Assembly: GCA_963777945.1 (NCBI GenBank)
Contig: CAVZSN010000006.1
Location: 194,834-258,833 of the forward strand
Reading direction: 5' to 3'
DNA length: 64,000 nt
Source: an uncultured Actinomycetota bacterium
Lineage (GTDB): Bacteria; Actinomycetota; Thermoleophilia; RBG-16-64-13
In this document: positions 41,665-51,831 of the stretch, piece after piece
Position numbering within the stretch: the first letter of the stretch is position 1
How the letters are laid out: each line of letters opens with the position of its first letter
Program-made: the position numbers and the translations under genes
Notes under the pieces: generated by a model
Database searches by the model: none
Told to the model about the DNA's origin: nothing
What the model saw: only the letters and a program-made list of their open reading frames with translations

Positions 41665-44286
41665 TCACCACCTATCAGGACGCACGCGTCTATACCGGGA
41701 CCCGCGCAGGGGTGGAAGGGCCGTGCGAAGGCTTCGGGGTACTTGGCTTTGAGGGCTTCCATGTCGGTCTTCTCGATGTCGACCAGGAACCCGCTCACCG
41801 CGTGGCCCACCGCGTTCTTGGACGTGGTGTGGCCGGGGACGATGGTGTTGATGGCTCCGCCGCGGTCGATGACGCCGGGTTCGATGGGATCCCATTTGGC
41901 GCCATGGTCGATGTAGACGACGTCGGGCATGATCCGCTCGGTTATGTACGCCCCGGCAAGAACAGTGCCACGCTCATTGAAGATGGACACGACGTCACCG
42001 TTCTTGATTCCGCGGGCCTCGGCCAGCGACGGGTGCAGCCAGACCGGATGGTACTGATAGCCGTCCGGACCGGTGATTTTGCAGGTCTCGATCTCCCTGA
42101 GCCAGGTGATGTCCTCGTGCTGGGAGTGGACGCTCCACCGCGGATGGTTGGAGCAGACCAGCAGGGGGTACTTGTTGGCGCGCTCGGTGCCCAGCGTCTC
42201 TTCGTGGCTGATGCCTTTGGCGACCCATTTGGGGACCGGCGGCCGTTCCAAGTCGTTGGGGAAGTTCTCCTTGAGACCGGTGGATTCGAACTCGAGTTTA
42301 CCGGTCGGAGTCGTCAGGGGATTCGCTTTCGGGTCTTCGTAGAAGCGCTGGAAGCCTGCCGGCTCATCCTCCCAGTTGTCCGCGGTGGGGATGACCAAGT
42401 AGCCCTTGTCGTTCAGGTCTTCCCAGCTGATGAGATCCGCGCAGCGGGAGGTCTCGTAGCCGTACTTGATGAGCTGCGGGATGGTCTTGCCACCCGTGTA
42501 CTCTTCCAACAGGCCCAGACGCTCGGCCATCATGCACGACGATCTCGTAGTCGCTGAAGGACTCGCCCAAGGGCTCGATGCACTTGTGCTCGGGAAAGAG
42601 CAGGTTGTACTGCCCGCTGAAGATGTCGCCGGCGATGTCGTCTTCTTCCAGCTTGGTGTTGACCGGAAGGATGATGTCGGCCAGCAGCGCGTCGTTCTCC
42701 AGCCAGGGATGCTGCGCCCACATGAACTCGATGTCGGTATGCTGCATGGCCCGGACGTACTCGTTCCCCGCGTTCCAGCAGGTGATCCACGACGGGGAGT
42801 CGGTCCACACCGCGTGGATCTTGGAGCAGCCCTCAGCGGGATAGAAGCGGTGGACGAACTGATCCTCGCGCGGAGCGGTCTCGGACTCGCAGCCCCACCA
42901 GTCACACTCACCCTCGAGGATAGCTTTAGGCACGTAGGTCTTGGGCAGCGAGGGGTGGTTGAGGTCGGAGGGATGGCCGCCGGTGTAGGCCGTCCGCAGA
43001 TTGGGCACCCGGAACGGCTTGGGCTGGGCATACTGATCGGGGAAGTCGAAGAGGCCCCACTCGATCATCTTGACCTGGTTGATACCGGGCTTGCCCAGAC
43101 CCTGCATGGCGAGGCAGATGTTCTGCAGGCGGGCGGGCTCGGTGGCGTACGGGCCGCGGATGCCGGGGCCGCCGTTGCCGATGACCACGCTGGTGCGTTT
43201 GGACGCCCACTCCTTGGCCAGCGCCTTGATGACCCGGGCCGACACTCCGCAGATGGGAGCCGCCCATTCCGGCGTCTTGGGGATGCCGTCTTCCTCGCCC
43301 ATGACGTAGGCCTCGTAGGCCTCGACGCCGATCGCGTGGGTCTTGAGATAGTCCTTGTCGTAGGTGCCGTCCTTGAACCACTGGTAGGTGATGGCGAGGT
43401 AGAGAGCCGCGTCCGTGTTGGGGAGGACGGGGATCCACCGGTCGGCGTGCACGGCCGCCGCGTAGTTGAGGTCCGGGCACACGTAGATCTGCTTGATGCC
43501 CAGCTCGGTGTACCAGTAGGAGAGCCGGCTGGGGAGCTGACCTTGCCAGCCCCACGGCGTGGTCTCCTGGTCGCAGCCCCAGAACAGAAGCAGTTCGCAG
43601 TTCTTGGCCACATCGTAGAGGAGGTTGCTCTGCTTGCCCTGGCCCACGGGCTCGCATCCCCAGAAGTGCTTGCTGCCCCACCACCAGCCTTCCCAGCTGT
43701 CGGGCTGACGGATCTGAAGGGTGTAGCCGCCCCACAGCGGAAGGAGCTTGCGCCCAGCGCCGTGGCAGGCCTGGACCACCTTGTTCTCGCCGTGCTGGTC
43801 GCACTGGTACAGGATGGCGGTCGGGCCATACGTCTCTTTGATCCGGTTCATCTCGCCGACGATAGTGTCGAGCGCTTCGTCCCAGGAGATGCGCACGTAC
43901 TTGCTCTTGCCCCGGTTCTGAGTATTGCGTCCGCCGGGCCCGGTGGAGCCGGGCGCGCCGCTCGGATCCCAGTCCACCCTCTTCATGGGGTAGCGGATTC
44001 GGGCCGGCGAGTAGACACGCTTCTTGTAGGCGATGGAATACGGTGGGATGAGGGTCTTCATGCTCGGCTCGAAGACCGATCCCCGCACTTCCATCTTCCA
44101 CGGGTTCATGTGCTTCTGGGGATCGTACTTCCAGTCGTAGTGCATCGGACGGATGCGGACTATCTTCCCGTCCTTCACATCCACCATCGAGGCGTTCGAC
44201 CCGTTCTCGGGGACCCCGCAGAAGCTGATGTCCCTGATGAGTGTCTTCTCGCCCGACTTACCGTTCGGGGCTCGATCTTCTGCCAT
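41661..44286 (-). CDS. molybdopterin (bis-MGD) oxidoreductase alpha subunit, pyrogallol-phloroglucinol transhydroxylase / resorcinol hydroxylase-like (alpha1), one frame change
   Basis: Start at the ATG at 44286, after GGAAGGAGG. N-terminal part is from ORF 42364..44307 and C-terminal part from ORF 41661..43031, joined near 42537 (SFSDYEIV|CMMAERLG by comparison with alpha2). About 875 aa. No RR Tat signal and no N-terminal Cys cluster. Confidence 0.8.
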
Positions 44287-44307
44287 CCTACCTCCTTCCG
44301 TATCCAA

Positions 44308-44337
44308 GCTATTCCGCTCAATGGAATAGCTATTCCG
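44308..44337. promoter_or_regulatory. candidate operator: inverted repeat plus extra half-site upstream of alpha1
   Basis: gctattcc-gctcaat-ggaatagc is a perfect 8-bp inverted repeat, immediately followed by tattccg. It lies 22-50 nt upstream of the alpha1 ATG and downstream of the IclR gene. Confidence 0.3.
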
Positions 44338-44448
44338 TCATTGCGGCCTACTAAGTGTGGCACGCGCCACCGGCGCGCGTCAATCCTCGGCTCCCGTCTC
44401 CGGGGCTTGATGGCCGCCGCGACCGCTGCCGGCCGGCTATCGCCTCCC

Positions 44449-45285
44449 CTAGAGCGACGTCCTGTCGGCAATCGAGGTACTGCGAAAGTAGGCGGTCATT
44501 TCCGCGGCCTTATTCTTGACGGCATCCGCATTCCTCCCGCGGGCCTCCGCACCGAAACGGTCTGACGGGGCCACCACGGTCAGCACAGCGAGCACGTCGC
44601 CGCCGGGTCCGAAGACCGGGGCCGAGACCGCGCAGACGCCCACGTCCTGCTCTTCCAGGTCGAACGCCACTCCCTCGCCGGCGGCCCGGTCGAGCATCGC
44701 CGCCAGCTCCGCCGGGTCGGTGGTCGTGTGAGGTGTGAACTTGAGTTGCGGCTCACGTAGCAGCCGCGCCTTCTCTTCGTCGGGCCTCGTCGCCACCCAC
44801 ATCCGGACGGCGGAGTTGGCCATGTTCGCGAGGATCCGACCGGTCGGCAGGTTGGGCTTGAACGGGTGGGAGGTGGCCACTTGATCGACGACCACGGCGC
44901 CCTGAGCGCTCTCCACCGTCAACTCGACCGTCTCCCCGGTGGCCTTCGCGAGATCCTCCAGGAACGGATGGGTGTAGCGGACGAAGCTGACATAGGAGAG
45001 GGCCAAGTAGGCCCCGGGGATCATGGCCCTGCCGAGGTGATAGCGTTCGGTATCGGGGTCGAAGGCCACGAACTCCTTCCACTCGAGGGTGCGGAGCACC
45101 CGGTAGGCCGTGGTCTTCGATATGCCGGTCCGTCGGCAGATCTCGTCGAGGCTCCACTCCGGGTGTTCCACATCGAAGAGCGCGAGGATGGAGAGCCCGC
45201 GAGCGAGCGCCTGCACATAAAGGTCGCTCTCCTCCTCCGAGCGCCCCGCCAGGGACGCGCGCGGCCGTCCTCCCGCCCTAGCCAT
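44449..45285 (-). CDS. IclR-family transcriptional regulator embedded in the molybdoenzyme cluster
   Basis: ORF 44449..45339. Start taken at the ATG at 45285 (MARAGGRPRASL...). wHTH ALARGLSILALFDVEHPEWSLDEICRRTGISKTTAYRVLRTL plus an IclR effector domain. Confidence 0.85.
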   Translation of the reverse strand: MARAGGRPRASLAGRSEEESDLYVQALARGLSILALFDVEHPEWSLDEICRRTGISKTTAYRVLRTLEWKEFVAFDPDTERYHLGRAMIPGAYLALSYVSFVRYTHPFLEDLAKATGETVELTVESAQGAVVVDQVATSHPFKPNLPTGRILANMANSAVRMWVATRPDEEKARLLREPQLKFTPHTTTDPAELAAMLDRAAGEGVAFDLEEQDVGVCAVSAPVFGPGGDVLAVLTVVAPSDRFGAEARGRNADAVKNKAAEMTAYFRSTSIADRTSL

Positions 45286-47900
45286 CCACCTTCTCCATCG
45301 AGTACGCCCGCGATGCACGGACCCGCGTCGGCGTGGCACTCCCGCTCGAACGCCTCCGGATAGCGACGGCGAAGGCCTTCCAGGTCGATCTTCTCCACCT
45401 CGGCCAGAAAACCGGACACCACCATCCCCACAGCGTTTTTGGAGGTCGTGTTCCGCGGCACGATGGTGTTGATGGCACCACCACGGTCAATCTCCCCTGG
45501 GACCACGGGATCGTACTTGGCCCCGTGGTCGATACCTACCACACCGGGCATGATGCGCTCGGTCAGATAGGCGCCGGCCAGTACCGTCCCGCGTTCGTTG
45601 AAGATGCTGACCACATCGCCGTGCATGACCCCCCGCGCCCGGGCGTCGGCAGGATTGATCCACAGCGGGTGGTAGTGGTATCCATCGGCGCCCCTCACCT
45701 TGCAGGTCTCGATCTCGCGGAACCAGGTGACATCGTCATGCTGGGAGTGGACTCCCCATCTGGGGTGGTTGCTCATCACGAGCAGCGGATACTTCTTGCT
45801 TCGCTCCGTACCTAGGGTTTCCGCATGAGTCGAGCCTTGCGCGATCCACTTCGGCACCGGTCCCCGTTCGTCGTCGCCGGGGAAATGCTCGGCCAGACCG
45901 GTAGCGTAGAATTCGAGCTTGCCGGTGGGGGTGGTGAGCGGATGTCCCTCCGGATCTTCGTAGAACTCGATCATCCCGGCCGGGATCCTGTCCCAGTCGG
46001 GATCGGGCGAGACCACGTAGTAGCCCTTCTCGTTCAACTCTTCCCAGCTGATCAGATGAGCGGCCCCCGAGCGTTCGTACCCAGCGCGGATCAGTTCCGA
46101 TACCGTCTTCCCGCCGGTATATGCCTCAAGCAGCCCTAGACGGTCGGCAATCTTGCAGACGATCTCGTAGTCGCTGAACGACTCACCCAGAGGCTCCACA
46201 CAGCGCGTCTCCGGAAACAGCAGGTTCATCTGCCCGCCGAACACATCGTTGGCGATATCGTCCTCCTCGAGCTTGGTGTTGACCGGCAGGAGGACGTCGG
46301 CAAAGAGGGCATCATTCTCCAGCCACGGGTGCTGGCAGAAAATGAACTCTATCGAATCGTCCCGCATGGCCTGGATGAAGTGGTTCCCTTCGTTCCAGCA
46401 CGTGATCCAGGAAGGGGAATCGGTCCAGATCATGTGGATGCGAGAGGCGCCTTCGACCGGATACTGGTAGTGGACGAACTGGTTCTCCCGGGGGGCGAAC
46501 TCCTCCTCCGCACCCCACCAGTCGACCGAACCCTCCAGAATGGCTCTCGGCACCAGGCTCTTGGGAACGAAGTTCGGATGAGTGTCGCCCGGCGTGCCTC
46601 CTGTGTAGCCAGCAAGCACGCTCGTGAACACCGAGGGCGCAGGAGGGGACATCTGCTCGTAATCGTGGTGCAGACCCCACTCGATCATCTTGGACTGATT
46701 GCATCCTGGCTTCCCGAGGCCCTGCATCGCTAGGCACAAGACCTGCAGCCGAGCAGGCTCCGTGGAGTACGGGCCGCGGATGCCCGGGCCGCCGTTGCCG
46801 ATGACGACCGTGGTCCGTTTCGACGCCCATTCGGCGGCGAGGGCCTTGATGATGCGGGCTGGGACTCCGGTGATCGGCTCGGCCCACTCCGGGCTCTTCG
46901 GCACACCGTCCTCCCGCCCCATCACGTAGGCCTCGAACATGTCGACGCCGTAGGCGTGAGTCTCGAGATACGCCTCGTCGTACGTGCCGTCCTTGAACCA
47001 CTGGTAGGTGATGGCTAGGTAGAGCGCGGCATCGGTGTTGGGCAGTACGGGGATCCACTTGTCGGCGTGGACAGCATTGGCGTAGTTGCAGTCGGGCGCT
47101 ATGTAGATCTGCCTGATGCCGAGCTCCGTCCACCAGAAGCTCAGCCGGCTGGGAAGTTGCCCTCCCCAACCCCAGGTGGTGGTCTCCTGGTCACAGCCCC
47201 AGAACAAGAGAAGTTCCGCGTTCCTGGAGATGTCGAGAAGTAGGTTCTTCTGCGGCATCTGCTGACCCACCGGTTCGCAGCCCCACACGTGCTTGGCGCC
47301 CCACCACCAGCCTTCCCAGCTATCGGGCTGGCGCGCCTGGAGTGTGTACCCGCCGAACAGACGCAAGAGCTTGCGCCCGCACCCGTGCGGACCGTGGACC
47401 ACCTTGTTCTCACCGTGCTGGTCCGACTGATACAGGATGGCCTCCGGTCCGTATCGCTCCTTCATCCGCAGCATCTCGCTGGTGACGATGTCGAGCGCCT
47501 CGTCCCAGGAGATGCGCACGTACTTGCTCACCCCACGGTTCTGGATGTTGCGCCCACCCGGACCGGCGGAGCCGGGCGCGCCCGCCGGGTCGAAGTCCAC
47601 CCGCTTCATCGGGAACCGGATGCGGGCGGGTGAGTACACGCGCTTCTTGTACGCCAAACTGATGGGTCCGATGAGGCTCTTGTCGCTTGGCTCGAAGGTC
47701 TTGCCCCGAGCGTGCATCACCCAGGGCTTCACTTCCTCCCGGGTGTACCGCTCGTAGTACCGGGCCGGACGGATGCGGATGATCTTCCCGTCCTTGACGT
47801 CCACCATGGCCGCGTTCGCCCCTGCCCCCACGCCGCACCAGCTGAGGTCGCGGACGATGGTCCGCTCTCCCTGTGTCGCGCGTTCGTTGCTCTCCCGCAT
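45021..47900 (-). CDS. transhydroxylase-like molybdoenzyme alpha subunit (alpha2), no adjacent beta; ORF lacks a stop at the expected end (~45291)
   Basis: Start at the ATG at 47900, after GAGGGGG. Collinear with alpha1 at roughly 70% identity by eye, as far as ...YPEAFERECHADAGPCIAGVLDGE. The last ~90 codons are Arg-rich and run out of frame through the IclR gene, so they are probably not real protein. Confidence 0.8.
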   Translation of the reverse strand: MRESNERATQGERTIVRDLSWCGVGAGANAAMVDVKDGKIIRIRPARYYERYTREEVKPWVMHARGKTFEPSDKSLIGPISLAYKKRVYSPARIRFPMKRVDFDPAGAPGSAGPGGRNIQNRGVSKYVRISWDEALDIVTSEMLRMKERYGPEAILYQSDQHGENKVVHGPHGCGRKLLRLFGGYTLQARQPDSWEGWWWGAKHVWGCEPVGQQMPQKNLLLDISRNAELLLFWGCDQETTTWGWGGQLPSRLSFWWTELGIRQIYIAPDCNYANAVHADKWIPVLPNTDAALYLAITYQWFKDGTYDEAYLETHAYGVDMFEAYVMGREDGVPKSPEWAEPITGVPARIIKALAAEWASKRTTVVIGNGGPGIRGPYSTEPARLQVLCLAMQGLGKPGCNQSKMIEWGLHHDYEQMSPPAPSVFTSVLAGYTGGTPGDTHPNFVPKSLVPRAILEGSVDWWGAEEEFAPRENQFVHYQYPVEGASRIHMIWTDSPSWITCWNEGNHFIQAMRDDSIEFIFCQHPWLENDALFADVLLPVNTKLEEDDIANDVFGGQMNLLFPETRCVEPLGESFSDYEIVCKIADRLGLLEAYTGGKTVSELIRAGYERSGAAHLISWEELNEKGYYVVSPDPDWDRIPAGMIEFYEDPEGHPLTTPTGKLEFYATGLAEHFPGDDERGPVPKWIAQGSTHAETLGTERSKKYPLLVMSNHPRWGVHSQHDDVTWFREIETCKVRGADGYHYHPLWINPADARARGVMHGDVVSIFNERGTVLAGAYLTERIMPGVVGIDHGAKYDPVVPGEIDRGGAINTIVPRNTTSKNAVGMVVSGFLAEVEKIDLEGLRRRYPEAFERECHADAGPCIAGVLDGEGGWLGREDGRARPWRGARRRRATFMCRRSLAGSPSSRSSMWNTRSGASTRSADGPAYRRPRPTGCSAPSSGRSSWPSTPIPNAITSAGP

Positions 47901-48055
47901 GTCGCCCCCTCGGGAGAGCTCGCAGGCCGGCCGGCGGTCACCGACGCCGCCGCCCACCAGCATAACTCCCCCCGGCCCGCGGGCGTGCCCCTTATTGCGA
48001 GCGCGGCTGTCAGAGGACGGGCTGTGGCAGACCGCTACCCGCGAGCGAAAAGAAA

Positions 48056-48079
48056 GGGGCCCGTCGCATGACGGGCCCC
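48056..48079 (-). terminator. intrinsic terminator between beta3 and alpha2
   Basis: On the minus strand, ggggcccgtc-atgc-gacgggcccc (10-bp stem) is followed by tttcttttcg. It lies about 35 nt after the beta3 stop. Confidence 0.7.
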
Positions 48080-48112
48080 GATCGTCAGACTACGTCGTTT
48101 GCGTCGGGCCGG

Positions 48113-48951
48113 CTACGCCCTATCGAGCATCACGAGACCCAGGTTGAGGCTCTCGTCGAGCGTAACGGTCCTGGACACGGCCTTGTAGCCCTCGGCCGCG
48201 ATGGTCACGTCGTAGCTCTTGCCGGGCTCGAGATGGTCGACTACGAACTCGCCGTAGTTGTTGACCATACCTTCGCCGACGACGGCGCCTGCAGCAGAGA
48301 CGGTGACTTTCGCGCCCTCGGCACACTCATCGGTGTCCTTGAAGGCGACGCTGCCGAAGCGAACACCTTGGTCCACCGGTGCAGGTTCTTGTACCAGACG
48401 CGGGGCTTGGCGCCCAGTTCGGGCCTGAGGACTTCCAGGCCGTCTGCCGCGACCAGACCGGCCATCTCGGCGTCGTCGGTAAGAACCAACTTGATCGCCT
48501 CGGTGGGACACACCATGCTGCACCGGGTCTCGGTCCATCCGGCGTCGAGCAGATGCGCACATCCGGTGCACTTCTGCGCCAGTTGCAGCTCTTCATTCCA
48601 GTAGATGACCTCGTACGGGCAGGTCTTGACGATCTCCGGATGTCCCTTGGCCTTCTCCGGATCGATGATGACGAGACCGTCTTCGCGCTTGTACACCGTG
48701 CCCGCGGGCGAATCCTTGATGCAGGGGGCGTCATCGCATTGCAGACAGGGGGTGGGCCGGAACACCGGCTGGACGATGGGGTGCTGGCCCCGCTCTTTGC
48801 GTTCGATGTTCATCCAGCGATGCCCCGTCCACGGCTGAGCCAGGGAGTAGGGCGGGAAGTCGTTACCGACGAACTCGTCCTTGTCGGAGAGGAAGCAGTC
48901 GTTGCAGTCGTGGCAACGAGCCAGGTCGATCACCATGTTCCACTTCTTCAT
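48113..48951 (-). CDS. 4Fe-4S beta subunit (beta3), one frame change
   Basis: Start at the ATG at 48951, overlapping the alpha3 stop (ATGA). Cys motifs CHDCNDCFLS, CLQCDDAPCI, CPYEVIYWN and CTGCAHLL...CSMVCP. The C-terminal Ig-like domain (ECAEGAKVTVS...YGEFVVDHLEPGKSYDVTIAAEGY) is in ORF 48113..48571. The shift is near 48366-48375. Confidence 0.8.
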
Positions 48952-51543
48952 TTGGCCTTGCCCTCCCATTTCTCCACCTGGATGAGGCACGAGTTGTTGG
49001 CCATTGAGGTAGAAGTCGGTGTGATGTAGCGTTTGGGTGCGAGAATATTGACACATCCCGAGGTATCCGGGGAGTAGCCGGGCTCACCCAGCGGCAGGTA
49101 GTCCGCGCACGATTCGTAGGAGTGCACCGTCCCGGCGGGCACGCGCTCGCTGATGGCGGCGGCCAGAATGACCGACCCCCGATCGTTGTAAGCCTGGATC
49201 AGGTCGTGGTGCTTGATGCCGCGCGCTTCGGCGTCTTTGGTGTTGATGCGCATGACCCAGTACTTGTGGCCGTCGATCAGAACGCGGTGGTCCTTGACGT
49301 CGTTGAGCCAGCTCTCCTTGGAGTCACCCATGGTGTGGAAGCTGAACCGCGGGTGCGGCGACACCATCTGCAGCGGGTAGGTGCTGTAGCTCGGCGTCCG
49401 GTGGCCTTCCCAAGAGGGGATGTATTGGGGGCCCATGACCGGCCGTTCGGGATCGATGTTGCCGCCCTCCTCGAACCGCCTCAGGCTGCTCGACACGAAC
49501 TCGATCTTGCCTGTGGGGTCTGCAGGCCCTTCGAGCGCGACGGTGTCGGCAGGGTGCGGACCCCAGTCGGGAGTGTCCTTCTCCCGGCCCTCCGCGAACC
49601 AGCGCATGGCCGGGGTGGACTTGTGGTCTTTCGGGAAGGGGACGACGACGTAGCCCTTCTTCTCGAACTCCTCCCAGGTGGTGATCTTGGGGAGGTCGGT
49701 GGCGTAGAAGTATTCCTTCACCCACTGCAGCTCGTCCTTGCCACCCATGGTGAAGATCGGCCCGATGCCCAGCCGCTCCGCGAACATGCGGAAGATCTCG
49801 TAGTCGGATTTCGACTCACCCAGCGGCTCGATGCACTTCTTCTGCAGCACGATCATACGGTGATTCACCTGTGCGCCCGTATGCGGGATGTAGCCCGAGC
49901 AGTTGGCGAACTCGCTGATGTCCCAGCGCTCGAAGTTGGTGCAGGCGGGAAGGATGATGTCGGCGAAGCGGGCCTCACCCTCGAACCAGATGCACTGGTT
50001 GACGACCATTCCGATCTTGCCTTCCCGGTACGCCCGGACGTAGCGGTTGGTCTCGGTCATGGTGCCGATGAAGGAGGTGCCGTACTTCCAGTACATCTGC
50101 ACGTGCGGGTAGCCGGGGGCCGGATACTCGTACTTCTGAAATTGTGACTCGATCGAGGAGCCGCAGAAGCCCTTGCCGTGCCAGCGCACCTTCTCGTGCA
50201 TCATGGCTTCGGGGATATTGATCCTGGGAATGGTCTGCCCCTCGGTGGAGTGGTGGGCAGTCCGGGTCGCGCCCCGCTTGTTCGCGAACATGCGGTACAC
50301 GAACTCGTATCCGGCGGCCGAGTTGTCGACGTCACCGGAGATGCCACCCTCGGCGTAGCCGGGGAAGAAGAACGACTCGTCGCTGGGAGCTCCCTGCGAG
50401 GTGCCCCAGATGTTGCTGCCCGGCTTGCCGTAGCCCTGCATGGCGGCGAGAGCGATCATGACCCGGGCCCACTCGTTGCCGGTGGCGGAACGGCAGGCAC
50501 CGCCCCAACCGCCAAGACCTCCAGCGGCCAGCATGGTCTTCTTGCTGCCCCATTCGCGAGCCAGAGCCCGGATCTCGCGCGCCGGGATCCCACACTCGGT
50601 CTCGGCCCACTCGGCGGACTTGGCCACGCCGTCGGTCTTGCCGAGCACGTAGTCTTTCCACTCGTCGAAGCCGTGGGTGCGAGCAGCCACGTATTCCTTG
50701 TCGTAGAGGTCCTCGGTCAGCCAGGTGTGCGCGACACCAAGACCGAACGCCACATCGGTGCCGAGCCGAGGCGAGAACCACTTGTCGGCGAACAGGGTCG
50801 CCGTCGGATTGTAGTAGGGATCGACGAACACCATCTTGATCCCGAGTTCCTTGCATCCAGAAACGGCGTGGTGTGCTCTCGAAAGCGGAGTAGATGCCGC
50901 CGCCGGTGGTCTCCGGGTCGGATGACCAGAAGACGACCATCTCGGTGTGCTTGAGAGCGTCTTCCAGGAGGTCGTACTGTTCGGGGATGCCGAGGCGGTG
51001 GCTGTTGCCCCACATGTGGATCCCGCCCCAGTGCCAACCTTCCCAGCTGTCGGGGTTGTGTTCACCGTAGGTGAAACCGACGAGGTTCATGAAGCGGAAA
51101 TAGGTGCTGTGCCGGTAGCCCACGTTCCCCCACAGGTGGTGCGAACCAGGGGTGGACAGGATCGCGGCGGGGCCGACTTCCCTCTTGAGCCGGATGATCT
51201 CGTCGCACACGATGTCGAGCGCCTCGTCCCAGCTGATCGGCTCGTACCCGGAAACGCCGCGGTTCTGGATGTTACGCTCGCCCTTGGGATCGAAGTCCAC
51301 CCTCTTCAGAGGCGTGAGAACGCGCTTGGGCGAATAGACCATGGACCTCTGCGCCACCGCGTGCGGGGACAGGGTCGTCCGGCGTTTGGGCTTGAATGTT
51401 CGACCCCGAGCTTGGATGGTCCAACCTTCGGGATCACTCTCTTGCAGGTCGATGGGGAACATGCGGATGATCTTGCCGTCCTCCACATCCACGAAGAGTG
51501 GCCCCCCGGTCGTTCCATTTGTGAATCTCTCGACTTTTCCCAT
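48948..51543 (-). CDS. transhydroxylase-like molybdoenzyme alpha subunit (alpha3, more divergent), one frame change
   Basis: N-terminus from ORF 50332..51543 (MGKVERFTNGTTGGPLFVDVEDGKIIRMFP...PDSWEGWHWGG) and the rest from ORF 48948..51065, joined near 50853. About 865 aa. No Tat signal and no N-terminal Cys cluster. Confidence 0.8.
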
Positions 51544-51738
51544 ATTGTCCCGACCTCCGCTCGCTCAAGTTGACCGCGGTCTTGTTCGTTGTGCGCATTC
51601 CATGATTGTAGGGCTGCTGCCCCCCATAATCTACGGCACCGGTACCTCGCCCAGAGGCGAATGGCCGCCGCATCCCCCAACTATCCCAACAGACGGAACC
51701 GGCTGCCGCTACGCGGTCCACCAGTGGCCGATCGTAGA

Positions 51739-51772
51739 GAGCCCCCCGCCGGCCGACGCCGGCGGGGGGCTC
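51739..51772 (-). terminator. strong GC hairpin downstream of the cyclase-family gene
   Basis: gagccccccgccggc-cgac-gccggcggggggctc is a perfect 15-bp stem, about 60 nt after the stop at 51832. There is no clear U tract, so it could be a terminator or a processing/stability element. Confidence 0.5.
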
Positions 51773-51831
51773 CGAACGGCCTGCTGAGCCGGACCGCCTC
51801 ACTCGCCTTGCTGCGAGCGGGAGCGGGCAGC

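Noticed and set aside
45021-47963. A 980-aa alpha2 protein might be a genuine fusion or extension.
   Set aside because: Homology to alpha1 ends at about 45291. The tail is compositionally aberrant and overlaps the IclR gene out of frame. A lost or mis-sequenced stop is the simpler explanation.
40827-51543. The molybdoenzymes could be respiratory DMSO, nitrate, polysulfide or formate dehydrogenase-type enzymes.
   Set aside because: There is no Tat signal on any alpha, no N-terminal Cys-cluster motif, no membrane-anchor subunit gene, no TorD/NarJ-type chaperone gene and no in-frame TGA. The beta subunits carry the C-terminal Ig-like domain characteristic of the transhydroxylase type.
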